Source: Nageia nagi (lineage: Eukaryota > Plantae > Pinophyta). Taken from it: a DNA stretch of 64,000 bases. A program made the translations under genes and the position numbers. Shown here piece after piece: positions 14,100 through 26,699 of this stretch (position 1 is its first letter; every line of letters starts with the position of its first letter). The notes beneath the pieces are model-generated. The model saw nothing but the letters and a program-made list of their open reading frames with translations, was not told the origin of the DNA and did no database searches. The stretch is taken from NCBI GenBank assembly GCA_050084985.1, contig JBITNC010000001.1:193254001-193318000 (forward strand), read 5' to 3'.

Positions 14100-15700
14100 T
14101 TGTTGAGCTTTTTTTTGTGGTTTTGGTTGAGGGATACTCACAGTGTTGGTCTATGACTTCTTGTAATAATCATCTAGTTCTTCCTTCTTGAATTGTGGAA
14201 ATGGATTATTGAATATTTTTATTATTTGATTTTGAGGATGTATCAGTCCATTCTATATTGGTCTAAACTTGTGCTGCTACAAATCTTCATCTAAAACTTC
14301 ATGGTCAAATTTAAATTTACCCTTTTTATGTAAGTATTGGATTATATTTCTAAGATGATAACACTCTTTTATTGCATGATTAACTCTCCTATGAAAATAA
14401 CAAAAGAGGTGTGCTTGATATCCCTAAGGTTTAATGCAAGGGAGTTATTTCATTGGAGGATATTGGACCAAGTTCATGGCTACTAAGGCATCCAATAATT
14501 CACTAATGTCCTTATGGAACTCAATATACTACCTATGTGACTTTCTAGTTTTCCAAACTTCTATATCATTATGGCTGACATAAACTATTATTTTGAATTT
14601 AGGCTCATGGTGATGGATCTTTCTAGGCTTTTCATGGGTTTGGATTGAAGTTGACTTCATGTGGGCTAAGGGTTCATTGAAAACTTTGCAACAGGCCTCT
14701 TTACTAATCATTTCATCTATTAGTTTATCATATGGATAATCTTGGAAATCTAAAAAGTCATATCTATAAGATGGAAATGTGGATCAGAAAAGAACATGCT
14801 TATTTTCTTTGGTAGGGATGTGGACTTGGTTGGCTACTTTGGACCACTCAAAAATGAAGTCACTAACAAGTTGACCTTATTTTTGTTTTAGGTTATACAT
14901 GTCTCAAGGTTATGGTTCTTGTGTTATGAACAAATTATATTGATTTAAAAAGACTTTAACAACATCATCAAAACTTGTAATACTTTCATTAGGCAGATTA
15001 GTAAACCATAATAATGATTCTAATTTTAATCTAAGAGGAAACAACTTAGCCAACAAGTCATCATCATTTTCAAATGAAGTAGACTCTAAGTGATACCTTT
15101 ACAAATATATTCTAAGATAATAATTACCATCACACATAGTAAATATTACTTGTTTATCATACCTTCTCTTACGTATGTGATGGTAAAAGGGGTTATCACT
15201 AGTGAAACTGTAGGTGCAAACTTGTTGATCCAAGCCATAATGGAATCCTTTTGGTATGTTAATTATAGTAGTTGTTGGAGTGAATCATTTGGAGGTGCTT
15301 ATTGTAATAGTCCACTAGTATTTGTGTGCTTTTCCTTTGTTAAACCTACAAATAGGCCAAAATAATGAACTTTTTCTTCTTCTAAAGTCCTTACCAAATT
15401 GTTGATGAGCTCCATTTGACATTCTGATGGAGTAGCTTTATATTGCAAGTGAAGTTTTAGAAACTTCAGTTCTCTCTTTAAGATATTAAATTTTGCATCC
15501 TACCAACCTGGTCTTCATTTCATACCAAATGCTATTGCTAGATTAGGTTTGTCCATCCAAGATTTGGGGATGGGTTTCCTTTGAGATTATTCCATTTTCA
15601 AGATATAAACTAGGTCTTCTTCTTCAATTTTATCTTTGAAGACTTTGTCATTGTTGTGAAGTTCCTATGGGATAGAAACCCTAGGATTGGGAAAATACTT
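14100..15700 (-). pseudogene. Retrotransposon gag relic of the nested element
   Basis: DDDLLAKLFPLRLKLESLLWFTNLPNESITSFDDVVKVFLNQY at ~14940-15070 and the zinc-knuckle-like CYFHRRVNHAIKECYHLRNIIQ at ~14340-14405. Confidence 0.85.
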
Positions 15701-18200
15701 ATCATGATTCTTTTCAGGTAATGGAGTAGCGATGCTAAGTCTAATGGTATTTCAAGGGTTATGTGAGGTACCAAGGATTTGGTTTAGAATCTAAGGTTCA
15801 GGAACAATATTAGGGATGGGAAACTATAATGAAGGAACTTGAGAAGGTTTGAAGTATTTGTAAGCCTCTCAAAAAGGGGTTAAGGTAATATCATGTTCAG
15901 TTTGTTAGATCATCTACATCTATTTGGTATATTGGAGATCAAAATCTAGGGTATATCCTAGGAGGTGTTTGACTTTGGTATCAACTTCTTACAAAGTTTG
16001 AACAAGAAAAAAAAGACATTCTTTCATAGCTAACAATTTTCAACCTTGTGGAATAGACAAAAGTTTACTGAGTACCTCTAAGGTATCAGATGGGAGCTCA
16101 TCGAGTTCTTCATGATTTTTTGCTTCTTATTGAGATGAATGGATATAATATTTTGGAGAACTATCATATTCATCATGTAGGTGCAGTCTCCATACCCTTT
16201 CACTTTGTCTTCTAAGCATGTTGGCATAATTCTTGCATGCCCTAGTCTTCTTATGTTAAACAATAAGATTTTCATGATTTATAGTAATAGGTGTATCCAT
16301 TTCTATAAAACTTGAAATAAAGGTTAGTATTATCCAAAATCCTAGGGTTTTTATGTAACTAGTGAAGGATGATGTAGTGTATCAAAAAGAAGTGAGGTTA
16401 ACCAATTGTTACATCTGAAATAATAATTATTAGGGTTGTTTGTAGGATAATTAAATTTATCAATTAACTATAAAATAATAAGAAATTAATGATATGAATG
16501 ATGACAATGACCTAATTGATCTTAAATTATCAAAATTGGATATATGGAAGATACAACCTTGTACTTCACCTATGATAATGAATGAAGGCAAAATTTGATC
16601 AAAAGAGTATGAATGATGAGCTTCCTCAAAATACAGAGCCACCAATATAACCTTGATCAAGAAGTAACATCAAAAACCTGATGATGTCACCTAGTTACCA
16701 TTCTATATTACCTTACCCTTTCACTTGATGTCATCATCCCACCTTCTATACATAGAATCTTACTTGCGAAGGGATGAAAGATCGTAGGAATGCATAGCTT
16801 AGAGTATAACTAGATCTAGAGATGATAGGTGACATTAAGAAACACTGGTCAAGATTTACACAAGTATATTGCCACCTATCAAGGATTCAAGATTATATCA
16901 TGTAATAGAAAATCTTTCATCATGCATAACCTCTCTACCTTTATAGGTAACAGTTCTAGTGCTAAGGCTCCTCCTTAGGCTTATTGTGATGTCGAGGTAA
17001 CTTATTACCATAAAATATAAAGTTAGATGAGAGTGCGCATGGAAAAGAGTATTTATTTAATAAATTAAATAAATTATTTCAAATACCTAAAAGGGTATTT
17101 TAATTATATTAAAATTCCCTTTTAAGTGTTAACACTCTCAATGAAGTGTTTAGTTCTGCAATAATATTGAGAGGCTTAATCAAATATTTCATATAGTGAT
17201 TGGATATGATATTTAGGCTAGACCCATTATTAATGAGGACTATTTTAGTCAAGTATCCATTGATAGCAGTGATGATATACAACAAAATGTCTTTCTCATA
17301 CGATGTCAAGGATGAGAAAATCTCATCATCATAAGGTAATATTTGGCTTAGCTAAATAATGAAGAACACCAATGAACTTGGAAAATGAATCATCATAATT
17401 TCTATGAATTTCTACTATTATAAGGAATTTTAGGAAGGCTTGATGATTATGGATGAAGTATGGATGAGATCATATAAAGGCATATTAGTATGCATATTTC
17501 TAAGTTATCTGGTAATGGTGGAGCATACAGAAACTACAAGCAAATGTTAATTATTTATTTGATTGTATCCTTTTTGGAGATTAAAAGATGGTGTTGATGT
17601 TTGGAATGATGTAGAGGGTTGACAAGAATTATATTGATTTGGGTTTCTATGTGGGCTACTATGATGAGAAATATTTTGGTGATATCATCAAGATTTGGTC
17701 ATAACATGTATCATACCAATGAAACCTTGCTAAGGAACTTATGGATTAATCAAGTTTGCCTAGTTTAGAGGTGGAACATTATGGTATACTAATTAATTAT
17801 ATCCATAATCATGTAGTTGGTGGTGGAATATATCAAGAGACTCATTGGAGGGACATATTAGATTATCCACTTTGATATAACCATTATCGATGAGTTCTTG
17901 AATAGCATGGTATAGACCTCGATAGTAGTTTGTATCATGACATTGAGTAATATGATATGCATAATATCTCCTATTCTAAACTCTCTAATATGGGGCTTTG
18001 ACATGTCTTTCAAATAGAAAATCAAAAGGGTCATTGCATTGGCTTGAATTAGCTTTTCAAAAATTAAGGATAAAGACTCAGCAATAAGAACCTATTATCG
18101 ATTTGAAGAGTGAGTAAACTAGGTTTGGATTTGGTTTAGCTCTTGAACCTAACTTTGTTGAGGTTGGTGAGGTGGCTTTGTTATATTTTGATCATATTTG

Positions 18201-19325
18201 TGTGATGAGCCTAACTAGGGCTCAATTTATTCTAATTCTAATCATGCATTAAATCCCATTTCATTAATTCAAAATATGCTTATCACTCTAATTAATATAT
18301 TTAAATTAGATATGAAAAAATACTAAAAAATGCATGTAAATGTATTCTAAAAATTATGATTAAAGTTGTAATTATCTCAACTCATCCATCCAAACAAGAA
18401 ATAACCATAATACATGTAAAATGATGCCCTATGAGTGGAACAAACTCCTTAGGGGGCTAAATAGTGAGATGCAAGTATGCAAAAATTATGTAACAAGAGT
18501 AAATAGATTCAAATGACTAAGATAAGTGAAGTGTAAGCCTTAAAATACCAAAATTTTACCCTCATAGTGTGATATCCCACTAGGGGGCTTAATCATCCAC
18601 TCTAAAGCCTTCAAAATGCAAATTAACACTCAAAGTATGTCTTTGAATGGGTGACTCTCCTTCAAGGTTGAAATAGCCTCCAAGCTATACATTCCTCAAA
18701 GGATGCTCTCATGAACCTTTAGGTGAATCTTTAGAGCTTCTTAAGATGATAAAGGCACCATGTCCCTTTAGATCTTATGGCTACCTTGAAACATATCTCC
18801 TCTTAATTAACATTGCACCCTGTAAGAGGTATAGGGAATGACTATTGTAGCCATACACTCCAAGTTGAAGAAGAAATGATGAATTGGTAATGATATGAAA
18901 GTGATATTCTCCTCCTCATTTTATATGTTATAAAATATCATAATGTGGCTAGTCAACCTACCTACCTAACACCTTGGAATAATAAAGCCACATTAAGGGA
19001 TCTCAAAGTGGCCCCACAAATAGGATATCCCACTTAGGTATTAATAATGAGATCTACAAAATTATAAATAATATTTCAAGGTTGAATCATGATCCAAGAT
19101 AACTATTAAATCACACCTAATGACTCAAAACACTCCTAAAGGGGCCTAGACGAGAGAGATCCCCTTCTTGGAGTGCTTAATTAAGCATTTTTGCACCCAA
19201 TATGGTATATTCATCATCATATGATCAATATATTATTTTCTAATGATTCCAAGATACAAATAAGAATAAATTATAATTAATAAAAATAAATTTCTACTAC
19301 ACATACCTCGGAGAGGGACATCACA
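18201..19325. mobile_element. Probable solo LTR interrupting the host gag
   Basis: Inverted termini TGTGATG...CATCACA; non-coding block between two gag segments; no matching TSD found. Confidence 0.4.
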
Positions 19326-20399
19326 CTCAAAGTGGTCAAATGAAAGAGGATTACTGATTCCCACATACGTATGATATTATCCCAAGAGTGAATTTCAAGA
19401 AGCAAATATATCCTTCATTTCTTGATGAAATCATGTCATGTAACGTATAAAAACAAATGGCATGATATTTTTCATCCATTTCACAAGATGATTTGTCAAT
19501 TCTTGGCTTGTGGAGGAAGTTATCCTCTTTGTAAGATCTCTCAAAATTTAGGTTAGCATACTTTGACTACTAATGTCTAAACATGGTTGATAGGATTGGA
19601 GGGTTTTTCCTTTTTGTTAGGGAATTTGGTAGTTACTGGTTTAGGATTATTGGAACAAAGCTTAAACTTGCATTCTTCAAAAGATATATTTTCAAGTTTG
19701 TGAGCCATAGTAAGGGCTTCATCAAAACTTTGTAAAGTCTAAATTTGTAGTGTGGGGGATATATGAGTTTGGAACAAGATCTAAAGAAGAGATTGATCAT
19801 ATCTTCTTAAGGCATATTAAAGGTGATCTCATTAATCAAAGATATACACTTACACATAAAGTTAGAAATGGATTCATCATCAAATTATTTTTATATGGTA
19901 TAATTCTGTTATGGAAGACATTTTTATGATGTTGATGGAGAAGTGCTCTAGAAAAAGGGTGGCTAATTGGATGATGAAAAAGATAACATACTACATTATA
20001 TTGTTATACCAATAAAGTGCTTGGATAGGTAGGTAAAGGGAGGATGTTTATAACATAAGGACATCATTATGGCTGGTAAGATTACATGTATAACAAAAGG
20101 CTTTCAAATGATTTTGATAATCCTCCTTTCCTTTGAATTTGTCAAACTTTTGCATCTCCCATTGAGGGGGCAATAATGTGTGGGCACTTAGTAATGGATA
20201 GGCTCATTATAGATTTACTTATATGAAGGTTTAGGGTAATGACCTAAACTTTGGACTTAAAGTTTCTTGATTTTCTCCAAGAGGGATTGCATCATTCCAT
20301 CTTAGGGAGTTGTTTATGGTATTTGTGATGGATGACTGGATGCAAAATCTATGGTAAAAGTATGGATTCCATGTGGTGTTATATGTTGGTATTATGGTT

Positions 20400-20630
20400 G
20401 AGAAAAAGCTTGTGGCTATGAAAATGCTAAAGGCTATGAAAACATTTATGGTTTTGAAAAAGCTTGAGGCTGTGAAAAAGTTTGTATTTATGAAAAGGAA
20501 TTATGTTATAAAAAGGCTTAAGGATTTGAAAAATCTTGAGGATATGAAAAATATTGTGGTTGTGAAAATGTTTGAGGTTGTGAAAACTTTGGAGGCTATG
20601 AAAAAGATTGAGATTGTGAAAAGCATTTAG
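20400..20630. repeat. Degenerate 18-bp tandem repeat, about 12 units
   Basis: Consensus about gaggctgtgaaaaagctt. It produces the periodic low-complexity ORFs on both strands and lies at the 5' side of the host gag. Confidence 0.85.
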
Positions 20631-21324
20631 GCATAGATTCACATATTATTTTGGCATACAATTGGCCTATTATTTCAATGTATGATTGGCATATTAATGG
20701 AAATGAAAAAATATATATAATAAAGATTAAAAATTAATTTTTTATAATTTTTTAACAAAAATGATGCAATTTTGGAATCAAAAAATGATGTAACACATGC
20801 ACAGAGGGGGGTAAAATGATTAAAAATTGATGTAAAAAAGGATGCAATCCAATGCAATTGGAAGATGAAAAAAGTAGCATAAAAGATGCAGTAAAGGATG
20901 TAATTTGATGTAGCTGAAAGATACAAAACATGGCATGAAATATGCAAAAAAAAATACAAAGGGATTCGATGCAAAAAAGGACATAAATCCTTGTATATTT
21001 AGTAGTGAAGCCATTAATCATAATCACCTACTTTATAAAAATATGTGTTTATTTACATAAAAATAAAGCATAAGAACATACGAGTTCCTCATATATGGAT
21101 AACTAAACAGTGTCAAAATGTATATATTGGTTCCTCACATATGGATAACTGAAACAGTGCTAGTAAAATCTATCATATGCTCAAAAAAATACAACTAGTT
21201 CCTCACATAGAGCAAACTAAATACAAAGGAGTACACAAAAAGATAAACACTATATAACCAAAAAATCCTCCTAGGGATGAAGTTATCATCATAGACATGA
21301 ATTCAACAAGAATTCAACTTTCAC

Positions 21325-21800
21325 TACCCCTTGAGGGAAACTTTACTAACCTAATAGGTTCCTTAAGCTTGCAAAACTAAGCTTCAAGAAGGGGATTGAT
21401 GAAAAAATTAGTGGATTTTATGATTGATGTACAATACTACAATTATAAGATACCATATAGAACCTTCTCCTTAATAAAATGTGCTTGGATTTGAACATAT
21501 TTTATTCTTTGATGGAAAATAAGGTTCTTTTCCAAATAAATAAATGATTAATTATCTGAATAAATATGATATGGGTGAGCTTGCTCATACTTAATTTCTT
21601 TCAAAATATGTCTCAACCAAATATCTTCCTAGGTCATGATTGATATGGATCAATATTTTACCTCTATGGTGGAGAGAGCAATAGTAGAATGCTTCTTGGA
21701 AGCCCAAGATATAGCACCTAAACTAATGGTAAACACATAATAAGAGGTCAATTTCTTTTCATCTCTATCTCCTCCATAGTCAAAATTTGAGTACCTTGAG
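21325..21800 (-). mobile_element. Ty1/Copia RNase H relic with polypurine tract
   Basis: DYGGDRDEKKLTSYYVFTISLGAISWASKKHSTIALSTIEVKY (Copia DWAGD..DRKSTSGY...AISW.SKKQ..VALST.EAEY). Minus-strand ctcaaggggtagtg at ~21322-21335. Confidence 0.85.
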
Positions 21801-21952
21801 AGAATAAATGAGAAAAACTTAGAAAATTTGAGAGCAAGACCCTTCATTCCCAATAAAGAAGACTACCAATTAGTTTCCTATCAAACATATCATTTGCCAA
21901 TTAAGATTTGGAGCTAAGTGTTAGACTGATTACAGGAGATATTGGGATCATA

Positions 21953-23060
21953 CACTACTACATTTTAGTAATTTTGCATCATTAAGGCATCAAAAAATTC
22001 TCTTTGACACTTTGATGCTTTAAGCATTAGGGATTTCAAGTCTATGTCAAAACTACATCTTGCTTTCATGTTGATGCCTAGATTGATGCATTACACAATG
22101 CATGTATTGATGTATTCTTTAAGGTATTTTTATGGTTTGATTGATGCCTTAAATGACTCTTTGGTTGATGCTTATTCAAGTTTATTTTGACATTTTGAAT
22201 GACACATTTTCTAATGTGAATTTTACTATATGGTCCACCATGCTAATATTACATAGAATTGATAAAATAATATCTCATGTCCATCCTATGCTTTCTAATT
22301 CCTAGTGCTCATGTTGGTCTAATAAAATAATGATGTCTCAATTGAAAGGCTAAGCAAAGAACCCTAACATGGTATACCAATATTAAATTGACCACAACCA
22401 TTTATATACATTTTCACATTTGAAATAATTACATATGAAATTGATTGAATATCTTAAACATGGAAATACATGTAATAATTGTAATATATTCATGAGTAAT
22501 TGATTGGAAGTAATCTACAAATTACAAAATATTCAAAAAGTACTATAATTCAAATTCATATGCAAGTCAACCTCAAACCACTAAAGATTTCGATATATAT
22601 AATGTTTAATTATTCAAATGTACATGTAATATTTTAATCACCATTATTATCATTTTCATCAAGAAGATGTACAATATATTTCCCTCTTGGATCACAATCA
22701 ATTAAAAACATCTTTTCATCCAGTACATCTAGATAAAAAAAAATATTTGACTACAATGTTATGGTAAAACATATGGCTTTTTTTTCTTGAGGTAAATATC
22801 ATGTAGAGTTGATTGCATAATAACAACTAGGTATGTCATGCAGTATTGATATTCTATTTACAAATCCTTCAAACCATTTACATTTGAATACTACACATTT
22901 GAATGATCTAAAATTCAATTGTATGATTTCTTGAATTTTCTCAACATATTGTATTTTTTCTTCTATCAAGTTTGTATCTTTTGTACTTACATGACTTGCT
23001 TGATCAAAATTGGGGCAATCTAGTCATTTTATGTTGAGCTACATAAACCTATTCTCCAAT
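21953..23060 (-). mobile_element. Truncated CACTA element: one terminus plus transposase C-terminal (DUF4216-like) relic
   Basis: CACTACTACA at 21953 with gcatca/tgatgc subterminal repeats to ~22200. Minus-strand YVEKIQEIIQLNFRSFKCVVFKCKWFE at ~22870-22952 matches the TnpD motif YG.I.EI.ELDY..F...LF.C.W. Confidence 0.75.
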
Positions 23061-23079
23061 ATTAACTTTCCCATAATCA

Positions 23080-25660
23080 AATTTGCACATTTTTTGGTAG
23101 GTTTAATCACATCTAAGAGTTCTTTCATAGCTTGAGGATCACTTTTTAAAATTTGCAAGATAGAGACACTAGTGGTCTTCTTGGATAAATCTTTGACTAC
23201 ATTGTACTTTGAACTAGATGGATCTTTTTTATTTTACTCAATTTGTATTTCCTTAGATTTTGTCTAAATTTTGTCTTGATTTTTCTCCTATTATTGAGGT
23301 TGAAGCTTGGTTTGATATCTCATTATCATAGTGCAACATTCAAAAGATTCAATACTAGCTTGGTAGAAATTTTCTAGAACACCTTCATTATTTCTTTCCA
23401 AGAACAAGTTAAATTCTACTTGTTCGACTGGATTACTGCTTCCTAATACTACTTAATTTTTTTAAATCATTTCTTAAAAAATATTCAAAGTAATACAATT
23501 GTTAGGATCATGTTCATACTTACAAAGATTACAATAAGAATTTGGATTTGAAGATTCTGGTCTATCCAAAGGAACAAGTACTATCTCTTCTCTTACCTGA
23601 AATCTCCTTTATTCTAATATGGAAAATTTCTAAAGTTTTGTTGAGGTCTAAATCCCTATTATGTATTTTAAATCTATTTAATATTCATATTGGTGAGTTT
23701 CCTTAATAATTCATTTTCAACCTATTTTCATTAAGGAGCTTCACTTTTATCTTCTTTGCCAAACGATTCATCATTTCCTTTTCTTGATTCAAAAGGTTGA
23801 TTTCTCTTAATTTTTCTTGTAGCAATCATAAACTCTTCATATCTGACTACTTCATGCACTACATTTTGGAATGTAGTAGGTTCACACACTATTACCATAT
23901 ATCCTAAGTCAAGATCTAGAATATTGATGAAGAAATATTTTTTGACTTGGTCAACAGGTTGCAAATTCTTAGGAATTTCTATGAAATATTTTATTAAAGG
24001 GATTTGCTAATTATGGAACAATTCTTTATCCTTTTTCTTTATATGTGAAAGTTAATTGATTAACTTTGTTCCCAACACTCAACTTTCAAATCTTGCCAAA
24101 AATGCATCTGACAGGTTATCCAAACTGGTGATTGATCCAATAGAAAGATAATTATACCAAATTAGGGTAGATTCTATAAGAGTTTTGGCAAACATATGTA
24201 CTGCAATATCTTTGTATTCGACCTCATTTACTTCACAAAAAGTGTTAAAGTTTTCAAGATGTTCTTTAACAGTATTAATAGATTGATCTCTTGAAAAATG
24301 AGGAAGATATCTAGTTTCCTTAGCGAGCTTGTGTCTTTCTCCTAATAGATTCAAAGATCCAAAATTATTTTCCCATGGTCGTGGAAGTCTTTGATTTCCT
24401 TCTACCATTTCAAACATTTATGTGTTAGATTTAGAACCTATGAAATCAATTTTGTATTCCTTAGGTGATATACTTCTTATAGAGGTAGGGCTTCTTATTT
24501 CAACAATTGTGGTATTTGGATCTATATTTTCTCATTCTCTTTGAATTCTTCATAAATATCTTTCAAGTTCTATAGGGTCAATATTTCAAGCACTTGTTTT
24601 AGTTGATCCTAAACTTTAAGTTGTCCTTTTGGAAGGACTTGCGAATTTGAAAAAATTGATAATTAATGAAGGATGTTAAACTTTGACTTCTTCTCAATGA
24701 AGTTTCAAAATTAAGAGTGAAAGGTTGGACTTCGATTCCAAAAAATAAAATTTTACTTTTGACCTTGTAATCCTTCATTGTCTGAATCATTGTTATCTAT
24801 TGGATATCCACTAGTTCTTAGGACTTCTTCAAGATAAAGTTTTTCTAAAATCTCTTGGCTATCAATAAGCTTCAATTGAATTTCTCATTTGATTTTCAAA
24901 AGATACACGTCTCTTCTAATATCTTGGTTGTTTGGGTTATTTTCAAGTGTTAAAGTTCTCTCTTGGATTCTTATCAATAATTCCTATGATAAAGTATTTG
25001 AGATCTGAGAAACTATATTGGCTTCTCTAATAATTAAAGAGAGATAACTGAGTTCTAAAGAAACTAAAGTTCATGATGATAGCTGTACTGGATTTATCTC
25101 AATTGGAAGAAAGAAATTTGTCTTGAACCTAACTATATCTTTTCTATCAAATTCATAATCTAACTATGTATGGTATCTAATGATATCTATTTTTTCTTCA
25201 TCGAATGCGCCCAAAGGTTCTATTAAAGTTGGAATTTTTGAATTTACTTCACTCCAAAAGGCTCTTTCAAGGAAGGGTTTCCTAAATTTTTGATTCTCGA
25301 TTTGAAGTGAACCTGGAAGATATCTTTTTTCTATTCTTGTAAACACTTTTGATTCACTTTGACCCAAAAGATTGAAAATTTCGTTGAAGAAAATTGATTT
25401 ATTCCTTATTTCTTCTTAAATCCTTTTAACTTGTTGGTTCTATAGAGCATGATATCATGTAGAGTTAGGATGAGGATTTGCCATATCTTTTCAACATTAT
25501 TTCTTTTTATATATATAGTTTTAGTTATCTTTTCAAAAAAGAGTAAATTCCAATGTGGTTTTGCACCTAGAAAATTTTCCAAGTGTCTAACTTGTTTCAA
25601 AGTCGCTAAGCTAGCTTAGGCTAGCCAAAGGGACTCGCTTCCCCAATGGATTCACTAATT
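23080..25660 (-). mobile_element. 5' part of a Ty3/Gypsy element: PBS, leader ORF relic and gag
   Basis: gag LPHFSRDQ...VKEHLENF..FCE......AVHMFAKTLIESTLIWYNYL..GSITS.D.L.DAFLARF at 24079-24417. ccccaatggattcacta at 25641-57 resembles a reversed TGGCGA.TCCACTGGGG PBS next to an LTR edge at ~25662. Confidence 0.75.
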
Positions 25661-26699
25661 CTATTAACCACTTTTTCTTATCAGGAAAAAAGGGGATCAT
25701 AAGGGATGTATGATCCTCTTTTTAATGAAGTGGTCCTCAATGTGTCTGCTTAATGTTAATGGATTTTATCAAAACTTATGTTATTTTTCTTTTCCATACT
25801 TAGATTAAATACTTACTCCACTAATTATGGAAAAGCAAGCAATTACTTAATATTTGTAACTTGGCTACATTAGACTTGCTAGAATTATCCAGGTTATGAG
25901 TAAGATAGTCATATTTTTCACACAAGTATCTCTTCACTTATTGAATGGATGTTTTCATATTTTTTATATTTTTTCACCTTTTCCTCTAAATGTGCAATGA
26001 ATTAATTTATTTCAATCATGAAGTTTCCTATCCTTGAATTAAATGATCATTCTACTAATTCCAAAAAAAGTAAAATAATCACTTAACCACTTTAACCTGG
26101 CTAAAGAATCTTGCTCAAGTTAATCAAGTCATAAGTAAAGAATGATATATCTTATATATATTGTCTTGCACTTAGTTTCTTTTAGTCCTTTTTATAAGCA
26201 CTTAGTTTCTTCAGTGATGTGTTATACTGCATATAGACTTGAAAAACACATCACATTTCTTTCACTAACTCAAACATTGATTGTTCTTTAAGTTTGCAAA
26301 AAGATAACATTATCCAAGTATAGGAAATGAATTACTACAAATAGACTTAAAATTCATCTCATCACTCAAACAAGTATCGAAGAAATAAACACACATAATT
26401 TAGATGCAAAGGATTCTATCTTATTATTGCAAAAGCTTCAAAGTGCAACTTTCAAAATTTAGAGTACCAGAGAGAACATTACTAATGAGGCCCTTTGGCC
26501 TTAAAGCAATGTCTAGAAGTAATTAGATTTGAAACAAAACCCTAACTCCTTTGAGAAACCCTAAGTCTAAACAATTAACCATCTCACAAAAGACTAAGTC
26601 TAAAAACCTTTAAAAATTAAACTAACTCTAGAGACTAAAAGGATAACAAATTTTCTAACATCTTTAATCCCCTTTGAAATTCTAGTAAGAATCATAATA

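Larger units (their letters stand above)
8911..17134 (-). mobile_element. Full-length pol-less LTR retrotransposon (8224 bp): LTR-gag-antisense PMD-LTR, inserted in the host protease region
   Basis: Two 728-bp direct repeats at 8911-9638 and 16407-17134 (tgttaca...tgttaaca). Decayed TSD ttctt/ctctc. Removing it restores the host frame (..TSLRAFND..). A TGG PBS-like site adjoins the 16407 LTR edge on the minus strand. Confidence 0.88.
1491..20650 (-). mobile_element. Degenerate host Ty3/Gypsy (Tat/Ogre-like) element: gag, protease, G-patch, antisense PMD, partial 3' LTR at 1491-1956
   Basis: Minus-strand gag motifs at ~19700-20180 (PQWEMQKFDKFKGKED..HLKAF) and ~17870-17970 (YH...HDT....L..AIQELIDNG). 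Protease VLINNGSSLNII at ~17200-17250 continues as YNLILGRP.IH...IPSTLH at 8600-8910. G-patch-like CGWKGFNLGIKYEYGV.NP at ~7000-7080. LTR terminus taggtctcaaca at 1956. Interrupted by at least two insertions; 5' end not located. Confidence 0.65.

Noticed and set aside
20373-20642. Periodic ORFs on both strands
   Set aside because: By-products of an 18-bp tandem repeat.
21075-21225. Three spaced copies of gttcctcacata..ga.aactaaa, superficially CRISPR-like
   Set aside because: Degenerate and irregularly spaced, in a plant TE context with no cas genes; ordinary LTR or leader subrepeats.
26535-26570. aaaccctaa motifs as interstitial telomere
   Set aside because: Only two isolated copies inside an LTR-like region; no array.
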